DNA of 64,000 nucleotides from a virus (IMGVR_UViG_3300031420_000495:64001-128000); one strand, 5' to 3'; positions 10,062 to 20,212 are shown, counted from the first letter of the stretch. Made by a program: numbers and translations. Notes: a model not told the origin generated them from the sequence alone.

Positions 10062-11693
10062 ATGCGTTTAACTTTTCGCCAGGGTATAGCTAGATACCAG
10101 ACTGACGTCTATGCGACACCCTCGTTTCTGCAAAAGAACGGGGAGTTCATCGATCTGATCGTCAGCCCCGATCCGACAGTTATCGTCTTCGCACACAAGG
10201 CGGCAACATATGTCATCGAAGAGAACAAGACAGTTCTGAAAGCGTGGGGTCCATTTACTGGAAACGCTACGCGTTATCTCTATTGGGACATCAATCTTTT
10301 GGACGGCTCGCTCACGCGTGGTTACACCGTGTTCGCCCCGATCTATTCAACAAATGAACCGACGAATCCAGGTAACGACCAGCACTGGTACGATAAAACA
10401 AATCACCAGATGAAAGTCTGGAGCAATGGACGTTGGAATGATAAACTCCGCGTCTTCGCTGCAGTCTATTCATCGCAGGCAGTTCTTCAGCCACAACCAC
10501 TCGGAAGCCAGGCAGGAGAGAACGGCACGTTCGAGGGCGGCAATCTTGTCCGCGACTCCTACAACAAACCGCTGCGCCAATCTGACGGAACATTCGTCAC
10601 TTCGGCCACAAATCTTTCTGTCGTCAATGCAGCCGCAAATACGGTTACGCTAGAAGCAGAAGTCGTTACGGCAATGGCGAAAGAAAACATTCCGAAATTC
10701 AGCTTCGTCCAGGTCGATCAGAACAAACTCGTTCGCCTCGCCAGGAGCGATGACTGGCGCACACGCATTGTTGGTATCACACCCGAAGACATGTACATCT
10801 CGGAAGTTGGCAAACTTGTAACGACTGGTTTAGTCCGCAATGAACAGTGGAACTGGGCTGTTGAGGATGCAGGACGCCCTGTATTTTCCGGGGTGACCGG
10901 TGAAGTTACATTGTTGCCACCATCGCATGGTGTTCTGCAAATTGCTGGATACGTTTACGATCGTTCAAGCATCTTTGTCAATATTCATCCTGTAACGATC
11001 CTCGACGATATTCGCACCCGCGTTCAGAATCTTCCTGTAGGTCCTACTGGTACATCACCAGTTGCAGACTTCACGATGACGCCTGAGTCTGGTGTTGCGC
11101 CTCTGTTTGTGCAATTCAAGAATGCTTCGCTCCATGCACCAATTCAATGGTCATGGGACTTTGGCAACGGTCGCATTGAATCGACCGAGTCTGAACCGGG
11201 TTATACCTTCAAGGAACCTGGTACATACGCTGTGACGCTGAAGGCATCAAACCAGTTCGGCTCCACAACCAAAACAAAAACTATCACAGTCGAAGCTGCA
11301 GATCGCGGCATTGATACAAACATCAATATTCAGTTGAGTGGTCCGCTTCAGGTCAATGTGTCCGAAGTCTTCCCAGTCCAGATTATTGTTTCGAACGCTG
11401 CTTTGAAAGCCGCTACAAATGTGCGTCGTGTCATCACGATTGATGACGTAGACAACAATCATGTTGAAATTACAGCTATGCCAGCAAACACTGTTGTCAC
11501 ATATCTGGGCAACACGACAATCTTGACATTGCCGACGATGTCTCTGGCATCTCGACAAAACGTTACGGTTGCATTCTCGATTAAGGCGCCAAAGAAATCA
11601 AGCGTTATCAATATCCGTGCAGCAGTTATCAGCGCAGAGCGTGACAGCTCGCTGAGCGATAACGCCACAGCTTTGTCGATTAGGGTGAAATGA
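10062..11693 (+). CDS. Virion protein with C-terminal PKD and DUF11-like Ig domains
   Basis: PVADFTMTP..G.APL.VQF.NAS......WSWDFGNG......P.YTF..PGTY.VTL.ASN is a PKD signature, followed by an Ig-like domain ending D....DN. Confidence 0.7.
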   Translation: MRLTFRQGIARYQTDVYATPSFLQKNGEFIDLIVSPDPTVIVFAHKAATYVIEENKTVLKAWGPFTGNATRYLYWDINLLDGSLTRGYTVFAPIYSTNEPTNPGNDQHWYDKTNHQMKVWSNGRWNDKLRVFAAVYSSQAVLQPQPLGSQAGENGTFEGGNLVRDSYNKPLRQSDGTFVTSATNLSVVNAAANTVTLEAEVVTAMAKENIPKFSFVQVDQNKLVRLARSDDWRTRIVGITPEDMYISEVGKLVTTGLVRNEQWNWAVEDAGRPVFSGVTGEVTLLPPSHGVLQIAGYVYDRSSIFVNIHPVTILDDIRTRVQNLPVGPTGTSPVADFTMTPESGVAPLFVQFKNASLHAPIQWSWDFGNGRIESTESEPGYTFKEPGTYAVTLKASNQFGSTTKTKTITVEAADRGIDTNINIQLSGPLQVNVSEVFPVQIIVSNAALKAATNVRRVITIDDVDNNHVEITAMPANTVVTYLGNTTILTLPTMSLASRQNVTVAFSIKAPKKSSVINIRAAVISAERDSSLSDNATALSIRVK

Positions 11694-12685
11694 TGGCAAC
11701 AACTATCCCAAATGAATCGCTGAAGCTAATCTATCTCGTACAGGAACTCGGCGAATATGCCGTAGTTCCGAATGGCGCGATTGTAAACATTGGTGGCGTA
11801 ACGGGTCCTGCGTTTACGGTTGGTGGTGTACCTGTCATGCTGGCCGATGGAACAACATCGGACGGCGGAAGCAGTTCCGCACTGAAGCAAGACTTCCAGA
11901 ACGTTTATCTGACATCTGTCGGCGAAGCCTTCATTGACTTCACGTCAGGCAAAGACTTTGTTCTTCAAGCTGTCAACAAGAAACAGTTCCGCTTTGATGC
12001 TGATACTGGTGACGTAACGATCAGCGGTAATCTGATCGTCCAAGGCAATACGTCAACAGTTGTCCACGCATCGGTTGAAACCGACCGTGTTGCGATCATT
12101 CAAAGCGCAGGCAACTACGTTCCATTCACAATGGAACCGTTGGGCGGCGTCACACCGACTGTTAACGTCGTCGACATCAAAGTTGCGCGCGGCGGCGCAT
12201 CAGTATTCTCGATCGGACCAACCGGCGAGACGTACATCAGCTCGCTGAACACAGGTCTTATCAATGGCATCGACATCGTCGCACTCGCTGATGAACTCAA
12301 TCAGCACGTCAATGGAACTGGCATCAAGCACGATGCAAGCGAAATTTCTTTCGATGACAGTGAACTCGATCCAATTGTCGGTGACACAGTTCAACAGGCA
12401 CTGGCAAGCGTTGCACAAGTTGTCAATACGCTTACCGCACGAGACGTTGGTGACGTTCGCGGTTTCGAACACAACCAACTCCAACCTTCTGCAACCTGGG
12501 TAATTTCCCACAACCAAACAACCAAACGCGTCCACATGACAATTTGGGATGAATCCGATGAACAACTTCTTCCTGATTCCGTTACTATTTTCGATGCAAA
12601 TACTGTTGTCGTTCGTTTTGGCACTCCAATCGTTGGGCGTGCTATCTTGATGATGTTCGGCGCAAATGAGATGCAACCAGCGTAA
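11690..12685 (+). CDS. Fibre-associated structural protein with C-terminal 'HxQ...WxIxHN' module
   Basis: ATGA overlap with upstream gene. C-terminal module is shared with four downstream genes. Confidence 0.55.
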   Translation: MMATTIPNESLKLIYLVQELGEYAVVPNGAIVNIGGVTGPAFTVGGVPVMLADGTTSDGGSSSALKQDFQNVYLTSVGEAFIDFTSGKDFVLQAVNKKQFRFDADTGDVTISGNLIVQGNTSTVVHASVETDRVAIIQSAGNYVPFTMEPLGGVTPTVNVVDIKVARGGASVFSIGPTGETYISSLNTGLINGIDIVALADELNQHVNGTGIKHDASEISFDDSELDPIVGDTVQQALASVAQVVNTLTARDVGDVRGFEHNQLQPSATWVISHNQTTKRVHMTIWDESDEQLLPDSVTIFDANTVVVRFGTPIVGRAILMMFGANEMQPA

Positions 12686-12755
12686 GACCTCAAATTGTTA
12701 CAGGATTTTAGGGTACTCCATAAATAGACTCGAATACCAATCAGTGAGACACAAA

Positions 12756-12980
12756 ATGAAACACATTGAAACTAGCGACATCGTACTGGCTGCTTCCTTG
12801 AAAGTCAAGGGCTATAAGCTCGACCGTATCGAGAAGCAAGGCAATCGTGGCATTTTCTGCTTCGCTGATGTCGATGAATCGGTTCTGAACGAATTTGACC
12901 TCGGGAAGAGTCTGGTCGAACCAGTATCATTCAACAATGCCATCAAGGCGTTGACGACGGCCACCCGTCGAATCATCTAA
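12756..12980 (+). CDS. Small conserved phage protein (DUF5659-like)
   Basis: ATG 12756 after late promoter. ETSDIVLAASLKVKGYKL..IEK.G.RGIFCF...VEPVSF pattern recalled as DUF5659. Confidence 0.55.
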   Translation: MKHIETSDIVLAASLKVKGYKLDRIEKQGNRGIFCFADVDESVLNEFDLGKSLVEPVSFNNAIKALTTATRRII

Positions 12981-13008
12981 ACCATAAAACGTCCAGGAGA
13001 CATTACCC

Positions 13009-15063
13009 ATGAAAATCAATGGTAGCTTAGTATTTGACGGCTCATCAGCGTCCGAGATTCAGAATCTTCGACTGCAGAAAGTCACTGCCCTTCCAGGCAT
13101 TACCGCAGGCGACGTTGGTCGTCTGATTTACAACAGCAACACAAACATCATCCACGTCGGTACCAACGTAGGCAACGTCCTGTCGTGGGTTCCACTGGCA
13201 ACTGGTGGTGACGCATCCGCGCTGCTCGCTGAAGTTGATCGCATCGAAACCTCGCTCGGTCTTGGCCCTGACGGTTCGTTCGATTCCGGCGCTTTCCATG
13301 AGAACTTCGCTGACGCGACGTCTTATGTTGCGCTCATCAATATGCTTCGCGATATGGCAGAAGCCGCTACGACAGCTGCCACAGCTGAAGCTGCTCGTGC
13401 AACCGCAGCTGAAGGTGCACTGGGTACTCGCGTTGACGGTGTAGCTGCTGATCTGGCAACTGAAACCACTCGTGCAACTGGTGCTGAAACCGCACTGGGT
13501 GGACGTATCGATACCGCGACAGCGGCAATCACATCAGAAACAACTCGTGCAACTGGCGCAGAAGGTGCACTCGGAACCCGCATCGACGGTGTAACTGCCG
13601 CTGCTGCGACTGAACGCACACGTGTTGATACAGCAATTGCTGATGAAACAGCTCGCGCAACCGCAGCTGAAGGCGCAAATGGTACTGCGATTGCAGGTGA
13701 AATCACTCGTGCAACTAATGCTGAAACGGCACTCGGCGATCGTATCGACACAGAAACCGATGCTCGCGAAGCAGACGTCGCAGCACTTGACGGACGTATC
13801 TCGACCGAAGTTGCTGATCGTACCGCGGCTGACGCAGATGCCGCTGCCGCGCTCGCATCTGAAGTTGGGCGTGCAACTGGTGCTGAAACGGCACTCGGTG
13901 CTCGTATCGACACAGAAGCAACTGATCGCGCAACCGCAATCAGCAACCTCCGCACCGAAATCGGTTCGACCATTGCTGGTCTGACCTGGGAAGCACCAGT
14001 TGACTTGATCGCTGCTGATGTTGGTACTGTCGACTTGACTGGTTTGGCAAATGGATACCGCATCGTCGATCTGGCAACCATGGCAATCCGTACGGTAACT
14101 GGAGGCGCACTTGGTGCTCCAGAACCACTGGTTGATGGCGCAGCATTCTTCAATCGCACCAATGACACTGGTTACGTCTTTAACGGTACCGCAGTAGTTC
14201 CATTCTCGGGCGCATCATCGTTCGTAGCCGGTAACGGTCTGGTAATGACCGGTAACCGCGTCGACGTAGTTTCGGCATCGGGTACTATCACTGTTACCGA
14301 AGACAGCGTAGACGTTGCTCAGTCTGTCCTGACTTCGATCAGCGACAACGCTGCAGCAGTTGCAGCAGAGACAAGTCGCGCAACCACCGCTGAAACTGGT
14401 CTTGGCCAGCGTATCACCGACGAAACCGCGGCTCGCGTAGCTGCGCTGGAAGCTGAAGCAACCGCGCGTACAAACGCAATCACTACTGAAACGACCCGTG
14501 CAACTGGCGTAGAAGGCGCACTGCGTACTGACGTCGATGCAGCAACCGCAGCAGTCGCGACCGAAGTAACCAACCGTACTGCAGCCGTTAACGGCGAACG
14601 CGACCGTGCAACCGCAGCTGAAGGCGCACTCGGAACCCGCATCACCAATGAAGTTGGTACTGCAGCAACCAATGCAGCAAACGAGCTTGCTCGCGTTGAA
14701 GGCCTGGTCACCACAGAAGTTGGACGTGCAACCGGTATCGAAGGTACGCTCCGCACTGACCTCGATGCGCTGAGCAGCACTGTTGATGCAAACGCAAGCG
14801 CAGTCTTTGACCGCGTCAGCAAGATGTACTATCTGTACGACTCGCGTGGCGGTACTCAAGGCGATGCTGGTTCGAAAACAACTCACGTTGTTACCCACAA
14901 CATCGGCTGCATGTTCTGTAACGTCACTGTCATCGACGACACCAACAACGTCGTTATTCCAGAATCGATCGTCTTCGATTCGAATGACCAGCTGACGATT
15001 ACCTTCAACACACGAATCTACTGCAAGGCCGTTATCATGGGTCTTGAACCACCAGCAGGTTGA
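13009..15063 (+). CDS. Long coiled-coil fibre protein (tail or head fibre)
   Basis: About 10 copies of E-x-x-RAT-x-(A/V/I)E-x-x-L-x-x-R-I/V-D in two blocks separated by a globular domain. AGGAG RBS; terminator follows. Confidence 0.7.
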   Translation: MKINGSLVFDGSSASEIQNLRLQKVTALPGITAGDVGRLIYNSNTNIIHVGTNVGNVLSWVPLATGGDASALLAEVDRIETSLGLGPDGSFDSGAFHENFADATSYVALINMLRDMAEAATTAATAEAARATAAEGALGTRVDGVAADLATETTRATGAETALGGRIDTATAAITSETTRATGAEGALGTRIDGVTAAAATERTRVDTAIADETARATAAEGANGTAIAGEITRATNAETALGDRIDTETDAREADVAALDGRISTEVADRTAADADAAAALASEVGRATGAETALGARIDTEATDRATAISNLRTEIGSTIAGLTWEAPVDLIAADVGTVDLTGLANGYRIVDLATMAIRTVTGGALGAPEPLVDGAAFFNRTNDTGYVFNGTAVVPFSGASSFVAGNGLVMTGNRVDVVSASGTITVTEDSVDVAQSVLTSISDNAAAVAAETSRATTAETGLGQRITDETAARVAALEAEATARTNAITTETTRATGVEGALRTDVDAATAAVATEVTNRTAAVNGERDRATAAEGALGTRITNEVGTAATNAANELARVEGLVTTEVGRATGIEGTLRTDLDALSSTVDANASAVFDRVSKMYYLYDSRGGTQGDAGSKTTHVVTHNIGCMFCNVTVIDDTNNVVIPESIVFDSNDQLTITFNTRIYCKAVIMGLEPPAG
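13369..14772 (+). repeat. Imperfect intragenic repeats encoding ~18-aa coiled-coil units (boundaries approximate)
   Basis: Near-identical DNA segments such as gctgaaacggcactcgg..cgtatcgacacagaa and gcaaccgcagctgaagg recur within the gene. Confidence 0.8.
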
Positions 15064-15088
15064 TTGACTGAAGTAAGCTAAAAGCTAG

Positions 15089-15121
15089 AGGGTCGGCAAA
15101 TGAATTTGTCGGCCCTTTTTT
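15089..15121 (+). terminator. Intrinsic terminator
   Basis: AGGGTCGGCAAAT-GA-ATTTGTCGGCCCT stem (with G-T pairs) followed by a T run. Confidence 0.85.
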
Positions 15122-15169
15122 ATTAGTTGATAAATACCTAACGCAATCACGCACACAAAGGAACATAAC

Positions 15170-15772
15170 ATGAAGTTCTACGGCAATGCAAATCTCCAGC
15201 AGAACGAATTGCAGCAGGCAGTCATCCAAATCGAAGAAGCGTTCCCACGCAATCCGAATGTTGGCCGACTTGCATTTGTAAATCGAATTCTCTATATCTG
15301 CGTAAGCGTCACCAATGGTCTCCCTGTCTGGGTTCCGTTGACACGTGAGCTTACACTTTACACCCACACCCAAGACGTCGCTGCAGATGTTTGGACTATC
15401 GATCACGGACTGAATACCACTGGTGTTCAAGTGCAAGTGTTTGACAACCAAGGTCGTGTAATCATCCCTGACGAAATCACCGTGGTCGACAACAACACCG
15501 TCACCATTGAAGTTTCTTCGCCAATGGTTGGTCGTGCGACGGTTCTTAGCGGTCACAACGACGGATCAGTGAAGCCGACGTACGCTTACACACACTATCA
15601 AAGCACCCCGGCAGCTACGTGGATCGTCAACCACAATCTGGGTTACAACCCAATCGTTCGCGTCTTCATCGGCAACAACGAAGTTCAGCCGCTGGGAATC
15701 GAACATACGTCGAACACGTCACTCACAATCACGTTCTCTCAGCCGTACGTTGGTCTTGCGAAGTTGGTGTAA
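15170..15772 (+). CDS. Structural protein with two 'WxIxHNLG' modules
   Basis: Late promoter and AAGGA RBS. N-terminus resembles that of 13009..15063; two tandem modules. Confidence 0.6.
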   Translation: MKFYGNANLQQNELQQAVIQIEEAFPRNPNVGRLAFVNRILYICVSVTNGLPVWVPLTRELTLYTHTQDVAADVWTIDHGLNTTGVQVQVFDNQGRVIIPDEITVVDNNTVTIEVSSPMVGRATVLSGHNDGSVKPTYAYTHYQSTPAATWIVNHNLGYNPIVRVFIGNNEVQPLGIEHTSNTSLTITFSQPYVGLAKLV

Positions 15773-15774
15773 TC

Positions 15775-16005
15775 ATGCCTCTATCTTCGCTTCCAGCAGT
15801 TACAGTCCGCCACGTCCAGACTGCTCCACAAGCAGTCTGGAGAATCGAGCATGGCCAAAACGGCTATCCGGTGGTGGACGTGTACACGACAGAAAATGGT
15901 TCTGTCCAAAAGATTATACCACTTCGTGTTGAGTATGTGGATGCGAATATCGTAAACATTTACTTTACAGCAGCACGAACTGGCTTTGCAACGGTGGTGG
16001 TCTAA
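15775..16005 (+). CDS. Single-module structural protein (76 aa)
   Basis: ATG 15775, 2 nt after the previous stop. Consists of one HxQ...WxIxH module. Confidence 0.6.
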   Translation: MPLSSLPAVTVRHVQTAPQAVWRIEHGQNGYPVVDVYTTENGSVQKIIPLRVEYVDANIVNIYFTAARTGFATVVV

Positions 16006-16919
16006 TGAGTTCATACATTCACAAACAAACGCAGTCCAGCACTAACTGGTCAATCACACACAATCTCAACGGCTATCCGTTGACTGATGTCCTGGTCAAC
16101 ATAACTGGTCGTGTGATGAAGGTTTTGCCGAAGGCAGTTGAATACGTAGATGCAAACACCGTGCGTGTTACATTCTCCGAACCGCAGACTGGCACAGTTC
16201 GTCTGTTCGCGCAAGGCGCAAATGCCATCGATCTAGTGAACGTTGTCGCACCTGTCGCACCTGAAGGTACGCAGCCAGTTGCCGTTAAAGTCGAAGAACC
16301 ATATTGGAGCAATGTTAGTTCGTTGATCCACATGGAAGACGGCGCGGTGACTGATGACAAAAATAACACTGTCACTCTAAAGGGTGGGGCAACAATCTCG
16401 ACTGCAGATTCCCGATTCGGCACGTCAAGCCTGTATCTGCCTGGTGACAACAGGGCAAAGCTTTTGGTTTCTGATTCGCCTGGTTTGGCATTCGGCACAG
16501 GTGATTTCACAATCGAAATGTTTATCAAACCTGTAGGGCAACAAGCATCTATTGCAGGTTTGTTCTATCAGCGTACGTCAAACAATCTCGTGTTCTGTCT
16601 TTACAATGGTAAATTGGCACTGTGGAATGGTACATTCTATTCGTCAATTATCGATGTTCCTTTGGATGTTTGGTCGCACGTTGCTGTTTCGCGTGTTAAC
16701 GGTGTCTTGAAGTTCTTCATAAATGGCGAACTATCAGGTACAGCACAAGACAGCACCAACTATACGCAGAACAATGGACCAACTACGATTGGTAGTGATA
16801 CTGGCGATTTCAACCAACCGTTCAAGGGTTACATTGACGAAATTCGTGTGACAAATAATGTTGCTCGCTATACTGGAACATTTACACCACCTACAGAAGC
16901 ATTTAGTCAGTATCAATAA
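16005..16919 (+). CDS. Putative receptor-binding/fibre protein with C-terminal LamG (ConA-like) domain
   Basis: FGTGDFTIEMFIK...WSHVAVSR.NG.LKFFING...IG...F.GYIDEIRVT is a Laminin_G_3 pattern. N-terminal shared module; TAATG coupling. Confidence 0.75.
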   Translation: MSSYIHKQTQSSTNWSITHNLNGYPLTDVLVNITGRVMKVLPKAVEYVDANTVRVTFSEPQTGTVRLFAQGANAIDLVNVVAPVAPEGTQPVAVKVEEPYWSNVSSLIHMEDGAVTDDKNNTVTLKGGATISTADSRFGTSSLYLPGDNRAKLLVSDSPGLAFGTGDFTIEMFIKPVGQQASIAGLFYQRTSNNLVFCLYNGKLALWNGTFYSSIIDVPLDVWSHVAVSRVNGVLKFFINGELSGTAQDSTNYTQNNGPTTIGSDTGDFNQPFKGYIDEIRVTNNVARYTGTFTPPTEAFSQYQ

Positions 16920-16935
16920 ACAAAAGGAGAAATAT

Positions 16936-17352
16936 ATGGCAGCATTCCTCAGCCTAATTGGTGGTATCAGAGGCATTGCTGTAATTGCTCTGCTCCTCGC
17001 ACTGGGTGGATGGGCATTCACCCAGAAGCGACACGTTGAACAAGCTGAACTCGCTCGCGACCAAGCAATTGCGCAGCGGGATCAAGCTGCTGTTGAGCGG
17101 GACAAAGCAATTGCTGCAGCGCAAGTAAACGACGCGACAATCAAGCGATTGGAACAAGAGAAAAAGGACATCAACGATGCGCTAAATACTCTTGCGTCGG
17201 CTAAAGAAACAAATCGAGAAAATACCGTTACACGCGAAGTTATCATCCAGAACCAGGCAAATGTCCCAGCAAATTCGGCACAGGCAGCTCCTGTGCTTGG
17301 GTCAATCATCGCTGAAGTTCAGGCGGATCGTGTTCGTCGGCGCGCTCAATAA
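16936..17352 (+). CDS. Putative i-spanin (Rz-like)
   Basis: ATG 16936 after AAGGAG. N-terminal TM helix followed by a periplasmic coiled coil; directly upstream of a lipoprotein. Confidence 0.65.
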   Translation: MAAFLSLIGGIRGIAVIALLLALGGWAFTQKRHVEQAELARDQAIAQRDQAAVERDKAIAAAQVNDATIKRLEQEKKDINDALNTLASAKETNRENTVTREVIIQNQANVPANSAQAAPVLGSIIAEVQADRVRRRAQ

Positions 17353-17370
17353 TAACGCACCGAGGGTCAT

Positions 17371-17820
17371 ATGAAATTTATACTTATACTAGCCGCAGCG
17401 CTTGCAATGACAGGCTGCGCAACAGGAAACGGATTCACCAACACAGAAGTTGTTACTGCCAACCAATACGTTGTGCGGACGGCACCTGATGCTTTGAAGA
17501 CTCTGCCTCCACTGCCGCCTGCAATCGCAAACCCAAAGACTGCGACGAATACACAGGTTGCAACCTTTATCAATAACACCGAGCAGTACGTTGCCGATCT
17601 GGAATCGATGATCCAGACGCTGGTCAACTTCTACGAGAAACCGGTTACCACTGCCGAAGCTGGCACAATGCAACCGGTCACTCCACGTTCTCCAGCGACG
17701 CCAACCGGGTCACGTGTGATTCAGCCGCAGACGACCACAGCGAATGCTACGACGCCTGCACAGCCATCACGTTTCTCTACGGCTCTATCGAGGGCGCGTG
17801 CTGCACTTGTAGGAAAATAA
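17371..17820 (+). CDS. Putative o-spanin (Rz1-like lipoprotein)
   Basis: Signal peptide with lipobox LAMTG-C; Pro-rich mature part. Confidence 0.65.
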   Translation: MKFILILAAALAMTGCATGNGFTNTEVVTANQYVVRTAPDALKTLPPLPPAIANPKTATNTQVATFINNTEQYVADLESMIQTLVNFYEKPVTTAEAGTMQPVTPRSPATPTGSRVIQPQTTTANATTPAQPSRFSTALSRARAALVGK

Positions 17821-17823
17821 TAA

Positions 17824-19377
17824 ATGTCATGCTGTCCAGATGCACCTGAGATTACTGCTAGCGGATCGGGAGACGATGATGCAATCTCCCCATCGATGGA
17901 GATGGGTGCTGGCGAAAGTGTAGAGTGCTTTGTCCGTCGTGCCGGAGATTCAACCGGTTGGCTGGACGACAAAACGGAAGACGTGCCTGACAAGATCGCG
18001 AACACTGACATCCCGCTCATCAAGGGCACGGATGTCAATGTTACATTCAAGCTGACCCCGAACTCTACAAAAGAAGCAACCTCGTGGACATTCACGTGCG
18101 ATCCTCCATTGCCTGATGGAGTCACGTTCACAAATGGTGTTCTCAAAGGTTCATTCCCGAAAGACGTGTACGGCAAGAAGTTCAAGCTGACTGTCACCGC
18201 AGAGCCTGGAATCGATTCACGTTCGTTCATTTTCTCTCCAGCAAAAGCAACAGGATCGAATTCGATTTCGTTCATTCACCCGTTGCCTGGTTCCCACGTC
18301 ACTTCGAAGTTTGGTCCTCGCATTCCACCAAAGGCTGGAGCCAGCTCGCGTCATGGCGGAGTAGACTTCTCAGTCAAACCGAATCCACCGGCAGATGTTC
18401 TTGCAGCAGCCGATGGCGTCGTCAGTTTCCGTGGCACTATGACAGGTGGCGGAAATGTCCTGATGGTTCAACACTTCAATGCGGCTGGTCAACCACTCTG
18501 CTCGACTGTGTACATGCACTTGGCCGCATTCTACGTTGCGAAAGATCAACGAGTCGTTGCAGGACAGAAGATTGCAAAAGAAGGCAACACAGGTGTCGGC
18601 ACCGGTCCACACTTGCACTTCGAATGCAGGCTTCCAGATGGCACGAAGATCGATCCGCTTCCACTCATCAAGGGAACGATCAGTGTTGCAAAACAAGTCG
18701 ACGAGAATAACGAGGCTGTTGGTTCTTTCGACACGCAAACAAACAATGGCGCACTGACTGCAGAGAATGCTGGTGCGAAACAATCTGGCTGCGAACCATT
18801 CGGGCCTTCGTATCCTGCACCGAAGGGTGTCGGCATTGAAGCACCATCCGGCGATGCATTCGAGAAGGCTTGGTTCTTCACGATGAAACATGAGGTTGGA
18901 CCACACTGGACGGCAGAATTGCCTACAACTCCAGACGTTGCTGCAGGAAAAATAGATACAGAGATTCAGCGAAAGAACTGCGGGCTTGTTACAAAGGCAG
19001 GTTTCCCTGGTGGCGTAACGAAGTTTGGTATCGCGCAGAATCCCAATCCCGATCTGAAAGTCATGCTGATTGATTACGCGACTGCGAAGCAACGCGGATT
19101 CAACGGATACTGGAAAGGCGGACCGGCCGCAATCGAGAAAACAAAACCGAAAACGGCAATCATGTTGTTTGACATTTGCTTTTTGCATGGACCTGGTAAT
19201 GGTCGTAAAATGGCAGAGCGTGCAGGTATTGCTTCAATAGCAAGTGATGAAGAAGCGTACACTGCATTGTCAAGGGAACAACGGAAATTTATCTCAAGTC
19301 TCAACAACGCGGATCGCTATACAGGTTGGTTCACACGAAATGCCGATCTGCTTGCGTATGTTAAAGGAATATCATGA
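17824..19377 (+). CDS. Multidomain peptidoglycan hydrolase: Ig-like + M23 peptidase + GH108-like lysozyme
   Basis: M23 zinc motifs HGGVDF, YMHL and GPHLHFE. C-terminal KHEVG...GGVTKFGI resembles glycoside hydrolase 108. Confidence 0.75.
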   Translation: MSCCPDAPEITASGSGDDDAISPSMEMGAGESVECFVRRAGDSTGWLDDKTEDVPDKIANTDIPLIKGTDVNVTFKLTPNSTKEATSWTFTCDPPLPDGVTFTNGVLKGSFPKDVYGKKFKLTVTAEPGIDSRSFIFSPAKATGSNSISFIHPLPGSHVTSKFGPRIPPKAGASSRHGGVDFSVKPNPPADVLAAADGVVSFRGTMTGGGNVLMVQHFNAAGQPLCSTVYMHLAAFYVAKDQRVVAGQKIAKEGNTGVGTGPHLHFECRLPDGTKIDPLPLIKGTISVAKQVDENNEAVGSFDTQTNNGALTAENAGAKQSGCEPFGPSYPAPKGVGIEAPSGDAFEKAWFFTMKHEVGPHWTAELPTTPDVAAGKIDTEIQRKNCGLVTKAGFPGGVTKFGIAQNPNPDLKVMLIDYATAKQRGFNGYWKGGPAAIEKTKPKTAIMLFDICFLHGPGNGRKMAERAGIASIASDEEAYTALSREQRKFISSLNNADRYTGWFTRNADLLAYVKGIS

Positions 19378-19991
19378 CAACGAAATTTATGACCGCAAAG
19401 ACGGTCAAGCTGCCAATGCTATCTGTCGATTATGAGACAGGGCGAAGCATGATAAAGAGCGGTGACATTGTAAGCTTTTACACGTCACACGAAGAAACTG
19501 TTCTGCACAGGTTCACGACAGAACCTATTCTCTGGTTCACTGGCTCGAGGATTTATCACACTGGCGTTGCTATTTGGGTTCGCATCGCTGGTGAAGATCG
19601 CCTGATGCTTTGCGAAGCAGTAGGTGTTGGACGACGCATTGTGAATATGTCGAAGTTCAAAGATCACAAGATGGAAGTTCATCAACGCCCTGACGATGTG
19701 CAGCAGCTCAGGGTAGAAGCATTCATGATGGACGGTATCGGCCAAGGGTATGCGTTTGGCACACTGATTACGATCGGTCTGAAAGAATGGGCTGGATACG
19801 ATCCGAAGCCTACGCCAAACAACAAGCGCGTTTGTTCACAGGTCGCAGCTGAATCCTGGGAATACGCGGGCATGCAGTTCGATACGACAGTCATCAGCCC
19901 TGGCAAACTGCGCAACACACTGATTGCGAAAGGCGTACCGACATTTGTCATCAACGCCAACAACGGCGAAGTCGGACCGAACGATTTCTAA
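19374..19991 (+). CDS. Permuted papain-like (YiiX/NlpC-P60) amidase
   Basis: GDIV, YHTGV, CEAVG and C-terminal CSQVA; His precedes Cys, as in the permuted family. Confidence 0.7.
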   Translation: MTTKFMTAKTVKLPMLSVDYETGRSMIKSGDIVSFYTSHEETVLHRFTTEPILWFTGSRIYHTGVAIWVRIAGEDRLMLCEAVGVGRRIVNMSKFKDHKMEVHQRPDDVQQLRVEAFMMDGIGQGYAFGTLITIGLKEWAGYDPKPTPNNKRVCSQVAAESWEYAGMQFDTTVISPGKLRNTLIAKGVPTFVINANNGEVGPNDF

Positions 19992-20188
19992 AGGGTTGTT
20001 TTGAAGTCTGTGATTAGATCGAGTGGGCCTGCAACACGGGCCCACAGTCGTCCGTCCTTCAGGAAGAACTGCGTATATAATCCGGCCTTCGAGGCATCCG
20101 ACACAAACGTCATCGGATTCTCAGGCAATCTGGCGTCAAGATCAATCTCGAACTGCGAGCTGATCCCATAAGTTGGGAAGGTCTGCAT
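19988..20188 (-). CDS. Hypothetical protein (66 aa)
   Basis: ATG 20188 lies just downstream of a perfect TATAAATA late promoter (20193-20200). Confidence 0.55.
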   Translation of the reverse strand: MQTFPTYGISSQFEIDLDARLPENPMTFVSDASKAGLYTQFFLKDGRLWARVAGPLDLITDFKTTL

Positions 20189-20212
20189 ACAGTATTTATA
20201 GGAAGTTGCACC

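Noticed and set aside
13369-14772. Possible CRISPR or DGR-like repeat array
   Set aside because: Repeats are imperfect, in-frame and protein-coding, with no unique spacers, no reverse transcriptase and no adenine-specific variation.
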